A program made the translations under genes and the position numbers. Positions 16,952-23,058 of a stretch of 23,058 nt of DNA are shown here, piece by piece; positions within the stretch are counted from its first letter, which is position 1, and each line of letters begins with the position of its first letter. The stretch is from Patescibacteria group bacterium (GTDB lineage Bacteria; Patescibacteriota; Minisyncoccia; Phycocordibacterales; JBBUBG01), in contig JAZKIQ010000005.1 of assembly GCA_040384765.1 (NCBI GenBank), positions 64,490-87,547 of the forward strand, given 5' to 3'. Under the pieces are notes generated by a model, which saw nothing but the letters and a program-made list of their open reading frames with translations, did not search any database and had not been told where the DNA came from.

Positions 16952-17584
16952 TCACTTGATCAAAAAATGCACTGCGGCATCAAGCTGCCCGTGAAAGTCT
17001 ACATCCATATCGAAGTACGAAAATCCGCGTGCATCTGCTTGATTCTTGAAATAGTCTGAGTACAGAGAAAGCATTTGGGCAATTCTAGGATAGGTAGCAG
17101 CATCCAACGTCTTTTCTGTAAACCAATCTCCAATACCCGGATACCCCGAAGCGGATTTCACTATTGTCTCAATATCGGACCTGCCGAGAAAAACTGCTTT
17201 AACCTTTGAAGGAAAAGCGTCACTTATACGCACGGCAAGTTCTGGGTGTATCTGATGACCCTCAAGAATATAGTCATGTGCATATCTTTCTTCACGCTCA
17301 ACAAACATTTCCAGGGCTTTCCATGTCGCTTTTGCCTGCTGTGCATAAGCTTCAAAAATCTCCTTATCTGTATACCGTGAGTACATAAGATCATTCCCTC
17401 CGCCCGACTCTCTCCTCATCGCTGTTTTGGGAAAAAGTAAACGTAAATCCTCCACAGAATAATATGTGGCAACAATAGATTCTAAAGTATCTACCGAAAT
17501 CCAAGGAATACCAGTTTCCTTGGCTAGCTTTTTAGATAAAATAGTTTTTCCTGAACGCGGAGCGCCACCTATGAGGTAAAACAT
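16952..17584 (-). CDS. P-loop nucleotide/small-molecule kinase-like protein
   Basis: N-terminal Walker A GAPRSGKT, ISVD, ILEG..I.P. Confidence 0.78.
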   Translation of the reverse strand: MFYLIGGAPRSGKTILSKKLAKETGIPWISVDTLESIVATYYSVEDLRLLFPKTAMRRESGGGNDLMYSRYTDKEIFEAYAQQAKATWKALEMFVEREERYAHDYILEGHQIHPELAVRISDAFPSKVKAVFLGRSDIETIVKSASGYPGIGDWFTEKTLDAATYPRIAQMLSLYSDYFKNQADARGFSYFDMDVDFHGQLDAAVHFLIK

Positions 17585-17622
17585 TGGTTCATCCTATCAT
17601 GCAAAACGGAGGATGGAGGTAT

Positions 17623-17642
17623 CCACCATTTTCACCAAAAGG
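17623..17642. repeat. 20-bp direct repeat, copy 2
   Basis: See 16929-16948. The pair brackets the kinase gene and its promoter. Confidence 0.7.
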
Positions 17643-17694
17643 CCTGTTCTAATGTAGTGGCACCTATCTTTTTTTCTTCACAAATTACCGCTCG

Positions 17695-18084
17695 CTACCA
17701 CTCTACAATCGGCTGAAAGCCGCCATAGGAAAACTTTTTCATATCAAATGGCATCGCTTTGTCTTTCATCATCTCGGGGGTCATCGATGGGTCGTTCATC
17801 ACCTTCTTGTTCACCTCATCGCGGTGCGCTCGGTCGCGGTACACAATGTACGAAAATACCACGGTCTCATCATCGGATAGATTCAGGAGCTTCGGGAACG
17901 GCATCGTCTCTATCTTCTGTCCGTCGCCAATATCCATATTTGGGGAAAGATCATCGGCCACGCACTCCTTGTAGTCGAGAGCGCCATACTTCTTCCAGAT
18001 GACTGCACCCTCCTCTGCCATCTGCTTGTACGCGTCAATATTTTTCTTCGGTACAACGATCACAAATCCATCAACGTATGACAT
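17695..18084 (-). CDS. ybaA: DUF1428 (YbaA-like) protein
   Basis: MSYVDGFV..VP....AY..MA, GALDY.ECVADD, ETVVFSYIVY...HRD.VN.KVM.DP, MPFD.K...GGF. Confidence 0.88.
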   Translation of the reverse strand: MSYVDGFVIVVPKKNIDAYKQMAEEGAVIWKKYGALDYKECVADDLSPNMDIGDGQKIETMPFPKLLNLSDDETVVFSYIVYRDRAHRDEVNKKVMNDPSMTPEMMKDKAMPFDMKKFSYGGFQPIVEW

Positions 18085-18176
18085 AGATAGAGTAGGTTAA
18101 AAATAGATAGACCTCATACTACCAGACGTTTCAAGCTGACACCCAATTTCACTCCTGCACATGAGACACTTTACAC

Positions 18177-18485
18177 TCAAGACTTTTTTCGATTCTTTAA
18201 CACCACGTTTTGCACCGAAGGGCTGACCGGCTTATCGGGTCGATGAATACAGCCGTACCAGCAGCAGGGTCGGCGCTTCCCCTCTTTGAGTTCGCTCGTC
18301 GCCCGCACAATATGCTCCTGGCGCGTTTCGGATCTCTTCACAGAGATAGTCCAACAGATCCACTCGTTGCGCGCGAGTGGCGTAATATCCTCCCACGCCC
18401 CGAGCGCTTTGGGGTCGGAAGTGAGAGCTTTTCGTAAATCGGCAGGCAGCTCATGCACGACACCGCCTGAAATAGCCTTGGTCAT
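18177..18485 (-). CDS. YdeI/OmpD-associated family protein
   Basis: LPADLRKAL...W..ITPLARNEWICW...K..ETR..I.....L..GKRRPCCW.GC.H. Confidence 0.85.
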   Translation of the reverse strand: MTKAISGGVVHELPADLRKALTSDPKALGAWEDITPLARNEWICWTISVKRSETRQEHIVRATSELKEGKRRPCCWYGCIHRPDKPVSPSVQNVVLKNRKKS

Positions 18486-18523
18486 GGAGCTACTGTATCA
18501 AATTTTAAGCTCACCTCAACATT

Positions 18524-18573
18524 AAAAAAGAAAAGACCCCCGGAGAGACCGTGCGGGTCTTCTCTCGAGGGTC
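18524..18573 (-). terminator. Intrinsic terminator after 18589-19110
   Basis: GC-rich imperfect hairpin (GACCC...GGGTC) followed by TTTTCTTTTTT on the minus strand. Confidence 0.55.
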
Positions 18574-18588
18574 GTGCCCCTCCACTAC

Positions 18589-19110
18589 TCAAGTGAGGAA
18601 GCAGAGCTCATCGTCCTTCTTGTCGGAGCTCTCCATCCAGTCGTGATAGGCATAGCCGACGAGCATGTCGGCTATCATGCCCGAGACCATCCTGTCGAAG
18701 TGCGGCTGGACACCGGACATGGCGACCACGATCCCGTGCCGCTTCACACCACCCCAGAAGGGAGTGTCGCCTGCGAATAGGAGGTGCGGCTGGATGTCCG
18801 TCCCACCGTCGTTGCGCCCATCCCAGAGCTGGAGCGCCTTGCACCGCGCAATATCCTTGTACTTGTACTCCCACTTCTCCGGGTCGCCCTCGCTGTGCTC
18901 GTGGAGCACGGCCGGGGTGATCGGATAGTCGGGCCAACCACGGTAATCCGTAGCGCGGTCGTCCTTCATCTCGGGCACGAGGATCACGATGTGGCAATCC
19001 TTGCGCTTGAACACCGGACTGAGACGCAACGTCGTGTTGAGCACCAGCGGCACGATAACACGAGCGTTCTCCACGGTCAGGAACTTCGGGGTCAGCTTAC
19101 CTTGGGACAT
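18589..19110 (-). CDS. Hypothetical protein, possibly GlcG/HbpS-like fold (173 aa)
   Basis: SD AAGGAG. IA..KA and PFWGGV...GIVVAMSG....D resemble GlcG-type motifs. Confidence 0.6.
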   Translation of the reverse strand: MSQGKLTPKFLTVENARVIVPLVLNTTLRLSPVFKRKDCHIVILVPEMKDDRATDYRGWPDYPITPAVLHEHSEGDPEKWEYKYKDIARCKALQLWDGRNDGGTDIQPHLLFAGDTPFWGGVKRHGIVVAMSGVQPHFDRMVSGMIADMLVGYAYHDWMESSDKKDDELCFLT

Positions 19111-19140
19111 TTCTCACTCCTTGTGGTTAGATTCCACCTT

Positions 19141-19299
19141 CTAGCGAACAAGTAGATCGATACCTGCAAGAATGCCGAGGATAAAGCAGATGCCGAGGAA
19201 GTCGTGTTTATCTTCTGCCGTGTACACATGTGCATGCACGATCCTGTGATAAATGACCATGACATACACGAGAACTACCGGGATATCGGACAAGTCCAC
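19141..19299 (-). CDS. Small two-TM membrane peptide (52 aa)
   Basis: SD GAAAGGAGGTG (19308-19318) 8 nt before GTG. Product MDLSDIPVVLVYVMVIYHRIVHAHVYTAEDKHDFLGICFILGILAGIDLLVR. Confidence 0.5.
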   Translation of the reverse strand: MDLSDIPVVLVYVMVIYHRIVHAHVYTAEDKHDFLGICFILGILAGIDLLVR

Positions 19300-19316
19300 G
19301 AGTGGACCACCTCCTT

Positions 19317-19871
19317 TCAAATTTGCTCGACATCGTTCCATCTGATGATCGAGAGCTTGTCCAGCGAATCGGGAAACTGTTCGACCTGGGCTCCGAGCGA
19401 TCGATACCATGGCAGGAGTTCAGAGCGGGAGACCACGCCCCAGATTCGTGGATGTGCCGCGAGAATCGAGCGGAGCGCCCTGCGCATAAGCAGATCTCCA
19501 TTTCCTTCACCGCGGAGTACGTTACGTACCTGCAAACAGGAGACATAATCGTACCCTTCGTGCGTGAACCGCTCGACCACCTCATTGTTTCGGCGATCAC
19601 TGAATCGCTCAGGAGAGCGGGCAAAGCGTACGATCCCTCCCACATATTCACGCGATGCATCAGAAGTGACGAGCTGGAAAGGCGTGATCTCCTCCTTCCC
19701 CTTGCACCCCACCGACTTGAGAAACTTATCGCGAAAGTACACAGGGTTCGTCGAGTACGTGATAGAACGCACCGGCTCGAGCCACGGGATCTCATGCGCA
19801 AACTCGAGCATGATCTCACGGAACTGCAAGAGAAACGCACGACCCTCAAGACCACGTCTCACCAACTGCAA
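19317..19871 (-). CDS. GNAT-family N-acetyltransferase
   Basis: Acetyl-CoA motif YVSCLQVRNVLRGEGNGDLLM and WYRSLG. SD GAGGAGGTGA favours TTG at 19871 over the track's GTG at 19880. Confidence 0.7.
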   Translation of the reverse strand: MQLVRRGLEGRAFLLQFREIMLEFAHEIPWLEPVRSITYSTNPVYFRDKFLKSVGCKGKEEITPFQLVTSDASREYVGGIVRFARSPERFSDRRNNEVVERFTHEGYDYVSCLQVRNVLRGEGNGDLLMRRALRSILAAHPRIWGVVSRSELLPWYRSLGAQVEQFPDSLDKLSIIRWNDVEQI

Positions 19872-19975
19872 ATACCTCACCTCCTCTTCGTGTGTTGGGA
19901 CTAGCTTCTCTGGTTCAAACTGCTACATATTTCCATGCGTGTCAAGAATCCCCCTTCTCGCGATATTGGGTTAGC

Positions 19976-20836
19976 CTATCTACTGATATCGATAAACGGC
20001 ACCGTCGCGTTTGGAATCATCTGGGTAGGGAGCTTGCCGTCCCACTTTTCGACAGCCTTGAGCTGGACATAATCATCGCCTCCTTGAGCGGAGAGCGATT
20101 GCGCCTGAATACGCTGTGCCTCCGCTGTTGCGCGAGCAGTCTCGATTGTCTGCTGCGCTTCAAACTTAATCTGCTCAAGCTTGTTCTTTGCCGCCTCTGC
20201 GTTTTGCACCGCGGTCACCTTATTTTCGATCGCCTGGGTAAACGCAGCTGAAAATTGAAAATTCGTTACACTAAATCGCTCAAGCACGGCATCTTTTGAG
20301 GCGAAGCGTTCAGCGAGCGTAATATTTACCTTGTCACCAAACTCTGCACGCTTGGTAACCAGCTCCTCTGCGGTATATTGCGCCGAAGTCGACTTCACGA
20401 CCTCGCGAATGATAGGTTCGATCACATTTGCTTCGAAGTTTTCGACCGACTTGTACTGCGTATAGATAGCGGTCACCCGATCAGCGTTGACACGGTAATT
20501 GACCACTGTACCAATCCACACATCCTGAAGATCTTTCGATGCACCGGAGAGCTGTGAGCTATCAATCGCATCCCCTTCGTTCCCGTTGCGGTCATAGTTC
20601 ACGGTCCGCGTCTTCACCTCCATCAGGGTAACCTTTTCAACGAACGGCACCTTGAAATAGAGACCTGGATCAACCGTTCCCACCACGGCGCCAAGGCGAG
20701 TCTTCACCCCACGCTCGCCCGCGTTGATAGTACCGAACGAGCCAAACAAGACGAAAAGGACAAGAATGGCCCCAAAGAAATATCCAATCATCTTCGGACT
20801 AGCCGCCCGCTCACCCACAGATTGCAGTGTTGTCAT
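19976..20836 (-). CDS. SPFH/prohibitin (Band 7) family membrane protein
   Basis: N-terminal TM, AGERGV..RLG.V...PGL.FK.PFV, SKDLQ, VKS..AQY.AEEL.TKR, FS..F..AIE.KV.A.Q, EKWDGKLP. Confidence 0.92.
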   Translation of the reverse strand: MTTLQSVGERAASPKMIGYFFGAILVLFVLFGSFGTINAGERGVKTRLGAVVGTVDPGLYFKVPFVEKVTLMEVKTRTVNYDRNGNEGDAIDSSQLSGASKDLQDVWIGTVVNYRVNADRVTAIYTQYKSVENFEANVIEPIIREVVKSTSAQYTAEELVTKRAEFGDKVNITLAERFASKDAVLERFSVTNFQFSAAFTQAIENKVTAVQNAEAAKNKLEQIKFEAQQTIETARATAEAQRIQAQSLSAQGGDDYVQLKAVEKWDGKLPTQMIPNATVPFIDISR

Positions 20837-20949
20837 AATGCCTACAACACTACGCCCTCTCAGTACGGTCGTCTACTGGCGCAAAAACACTCCGGAAAGT
20901 GCAGAGAAGAATTAGCGGCTATCCGAGGAAGAGATCGCTCCGTTACCGC

Positions 20950-21330
20950 TTACATCAATTTTGCGCGTCGGTGTTGCAATTCAACGATAACACCAACCAA
21001 AAATAATGCGGGAAGAGCCCACATTGTGAATACAGCCACAGCGCTAAAGAAGTACAACGAGATTACATAAAAAATTCCCCACGGGGCGAAATACTCACCC
21101 AAGGCGTGCGAAAGTGGGAATATAATAAGAGTTTCCCATAAAATAAAAATCACTGGAACCAAGAAAATCTTGCGTGCAATTGGAGCTTTAATAAAAAGAA
21201 AAGAGATAAGAAAAATAATCTTACCTACGTATAGCATGAGACCAGCAAACCAACCGAGGGGTACTCCCACCAGTCGAGTGATCATACAAAAAGCTGCCAG
21301 CCCAATAAGAAGGTTGAAGGAATATCGCAT
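20950..21330 (-). CDS. Hydrophobic multi-TM hypothetical protein (126 aa), AT-rich
   Basis: Nearly continuous hydrophobic helices. Visibly lower GC than neighbours. Confidence 0.55.
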   Translation of the reverse strand: MRYSFNLLIGLAAFCMITRLVGVPLGWFAGLMLYVGKIIFLISFLFIKAPIARKIFLVPVIFILWETLIIFPLSHALGEYFAPWGIFYVISLYFFSAVAVFTMWALPALFLVGVIVELQHRRAKLM

Positions 21331-21405
21331 TTTTTAATTTTAGCAAATAGCCGAGAATATGCTTATTTTCTTCTCTAAACCCTAAGTTGATGTCTGACCC
21401 TTTTG

Positions 21406-21540
21406 CTACCAGGGTAGGAATTTCTCTCCCTACAGGAGCAGTACCCCTTTCCCATTTTCTCGAAGCACAGCTTCTCAAAAATACGGCAGAAGGGCTTCGA
21501 GTCCTACACGCGAGTCATGCAGATGACTCGCTCCGGGGAG
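21406..21540. repeat. tRNA-3'-end-derived inverted-repeat (MITE-like) element
   Basis: Ends are a degenerate direct copy (21406-21433) and an interrupted inverted copy (21496-21540) of the tRNA-Asn 3' end, with internal hairpins. Confidence 0.6.
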
Positions 21541-21547
21541 TTCACTC

Positions 21548-21583
21548 AAAAGAAAAAGCACCCTTTCAGGTGCTAATTCTTTT
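21548..21583 (-). terminator. Intrinsic terminator of tRNA-Asn
   Basis: AGCACC-TGAAAG-GGTGCT-TTTTCTTTT on the minus strand. Confidence 0.7.
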
Positions 21584-21588
21584 GGGAA

Positions 21589-21882
21589 CTCCCCGGGTAG
21601 GATTCGAACCTACGACCCTCCCGTTACGCTTTTTTCATCATTTCTGATGGAGCGGACTATATCATCATCCACAATCTAGTGGAGCAAGGCGCTTCCCCTC
21701 CTTTCGGAGAGTACTCTCTTTCGAGATAGTCTCTGAACCTTCCGGATAGTTCTATCCGGCTTGGCTGCGGATCGCCTTTGCTTTCGCAATAAGGGTTCCC
21801 GCAATTCACCTTGTTTTCGATCAGGATTACTCCTGAAAGCTGCCTTTGACAGCGGGGCGCTCTACCACTGAGCTACCGGGGA
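21589..21882 (-). tRNA. trnN: tRNA-Asn(GTT), intron-containing; exons 21882-21849 and 21626-21589; CCA not encoded
   Basis: Spliced sequence TCCCCGGTAGCTCAGTGGTAGAGCGCCCCGCTGT|TAACGGGAGGGTCGTAGGTTCGAATCCTACCCGGGGAG folds into a full cloverleaf with U1-A72, G73 and loop CT-GTT-AA. It has one C27/A43 mismatch. Confidence 0.93.
21627..21848 (-). ncRNA. Group I self-splicing intron (222 nt, no ORF) at anticodon position 35/36
   Basis: P1 GCTGT/GGCAGC with U.G at the splice site. Core elements P AATTGCGGGAA, Q GATCCGCAGC, R TTCAGAGACTA, S GATATAGTCC. P3 CAAGGTG/CGCCTTG, P7.1/P7.2 GAAA hairpins, P9 CATCA-GAAA-TGATG, terminal G. Confidence 0.93.
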
Positions 21883-21897
21883 ATATATTCCTTACTG

Positions 21898-21922
21898 CTC
21901 CCCAGGTAGGATTCGAACCTAC
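21898..21922 (-). repeat. Orphan tRNA 3'-end fragment (T-arm + acceptor strand), att-site-like
   Basis: GTAGGTTCGAATCCTACCTGGGGAG is 24/25 identical to the tRNA-Asn 3' end (21589-21613). No D or anticodon arm upstream of it. Confidence 0.8.
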
Positions 21923-22055
21923 ACGAAGAGCAGAAAGACAAGAAATAGTTTACGTCATTTTTGCGAGACCAGCAAGGCGGGGTTATTCCCTTTGCAAACC
22001 TGGCAGGATATTATGCAAACAGATCGGATACCCCCTTCTCTCTACGAAAGGAACG

Positions 22056-22625
22056 GTGCCCACGTTGCTCTTCTTTGAAAGGTCTGTGCCGAGCGCGCAG
22101 TCGGACGATGACGTGCGAAAGGCGGTCGAAAAGATCCGCGAGCTCTCCTGGCAACCCTGTGTTGCCGCCGCGATCGTTTCGCGAAGCCGCGAGCTGCTCA
22201 TCGTCGAGTCACGCTCCCACGGTACCGGTCAACTGCCAACCTTCGCCCTTCATGGCGACAACCCGCTCGAGGAGGTGACGCGCTATCTCGAGAGCCTCGG
22301 CGCCGAACGCGAGCAGTTCCGGCTCGCGGGTAGCACCTATCCCCTCTTCCGCGAGATCATCCGCCAGCCGGATGCGCATCGCCCGAATTTTCTGTTCGTG
22401 GTGGGGTTCGAGTACTGGGGCGATCCGAGATCGCTCCCACTCCCTCACTATCGGGAATGGCAGAAGTGGCTCGCAGATGATACGCCTATACCGGACGAAA
22501 AGCGGCAGACTCCGCTCGAGCTCGTCCGCATGACCCGCGAGTGGGGCCGCTCCTTCGACTGGTCGGACCAGAGCTCGCCGCGGCTTGCCGAAAGGCGCAT
22601 GGAAGAGCGCACCGCGCTGGGCTAA
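22056..22625 (+). CDS. Hypothetical protein, possibly degenerate Nudix-like fold (189 aa)
   Basis: SD GAAAGGA before in-frame GTG 22056. CVAAAIVS...LLIV...W/QLP resembles a Nudix N-terminus but there is no Nudix box. Terminator downstream. Confidence 0.55.
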   Translation: MPTLLFFERSVPSAQSDDDVRKAVEKIRELSWQPCVAAAIVSRSRELLIVESRSHGTGQLPTFALHGDNPLEEVTRYLESLGAEREQFRLAGSTYPLFREIIRQPDAHRPNFLFVVGFEYWGDPRSLPLPHYREWQKWLADDTPIPDEKRQTPLELVRMTREWGRSFDWSDQSSPRLAERRMEERTALG

Positions 22626-22696
22626 AAGCACACACCGCCGAGCAGCCGCTCGGGCGGAATGAGAAGACACCAACACGTCGAGGAGGATCAGTTTCT

Positions 22697-22724
22697 GGCG
22701 TACGAGCAATCGTGCGCCTTTTTT
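22697..22724 (+). terminator. Intrinsic terminator
   Basis: GGCGTACG/CGTGCGCC stem followed by TTTTTT. Confidence 0.65.
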
Positions 22725-22833
22725 GTATACGCCAAGCTCAAGGTTAGTAATGCTCATCTCGGCAATGCGTCTCATTTAGATGAGGCCCGACCTACTGTGG
22801 CCTCAGCCAATTTCATTTAACTCACCACTTTAT

Positions 22834-23031
22834 ATGGCAAACGACAATCGAAATAACGATAAACAGTCACGTGACCATAAGGATCGCCGAGGCTTCGCTT
22901 CGATGGACGAAGCAAAGCAGCGCGAGATCGCCTCAAAAGGCGGCAAGGCGGCACACGCCAAGGGCACCGCACACGAGTTTACCTCTGAAGAGGCTCGTGA
23001 AGCAGGCCGCAAGGGTGGTAGTGCCCGTTAG
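22834..23031 (+). CDS. KGG-repeat general stress protein (YciG/Con-10-like)
   Basis: RGFASMD..KQREIASKGGKAAH..GTAHEFTSEEAREAGRKGG. Confidence 0.9.
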   Translation: MANDNRNNDKQSRDHKDRRGFASMDEAKQREIASKGGKAAHAKGTAHEFTSEEAREAGRKGGSAR

Positions 23032-23058
23032 GGCACTAGCCCGAAACGCCTCTCGAAA

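Noticed and set aside
16929-18152. CRISPR array or classical attC sites
   Set aside because: The repeats are few and separated by whole genes. There are no cas genes, no regular spacers, and no clear RYYYAAC/GTTRRRY attC pair.
19302-19904. 200-aa plus-strand ORF and 215-aa alternative minus-strand ORF
   Set aside because: They overlap the GNAT ORF, which has a recognisable acetyl-CoA motif and a strong SD.
21627-21848. Homing endonuclease within the intron
   Set aside because: Only 222 nt, fully accounted for by ribozyme helices.
21849-21882. tRNA-Asp(GTC) or tRNA pseudogene call
   Set aside because: The C belongs to the intron (P1 U.G rule). The spliced product is a complete tRNA-Asn(GTT).
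21846-22055. 5' part of the 259-aa ORF (and ORF 21387-21647)
   Set aside because: These are antisense readings of the tRNA and its fragments (PQVGFEPT, PRVGFEPTT), not protein.
22209-22775. 188-aa minus-strand ORF
   Set aside because: Shadow of the plus-strand gene 22056-22625, and it runs through that gene's terminator.

Overview
A gene-dense ~23 kb bacterial window using the standard code. Gene content (GH130/PMM cluster, peptidoglycan-binding+FN3 protein, many small membrane ORFans) and leaderless -10/ATG promoters suggest Patescibacteria/Parcubacteria (inference). From left to right: GH130 glycosidase/phosphorylase genes and a HAD phosphomannomutase; small ORFs; a peptidoglycan-binding protein; a stand-alone 5'-3' exonuclease; ABC-F ATPase; HD-domain protein; ACT-domain regulator; GH6 cellulase; GlsB/YeaQ protein; SET-domain protein; a two-domain class III nucleotide cyclase; a co-oriented run of small stress/resistance-type genes (DUF1801, VOC/PhnB, P-loop kinase, DUF1428, YdeI/OmpD); GNAT; SPFH; and a KGG stress protein. 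The most striking feature is not in the ORF track: a minus-strand tRNA-Asn(GTT) gene (21589-21882) split inside its anticodon (35/36) by a 222-nt group I intron. Three extra copies of the tRNA 3' end surround it: one direct copy just upstream, plus an inverted and a degenerate direct copy downstream that together form a MITE-like hairpin. All protein calls are from motif recognition by eye, with no database searches.
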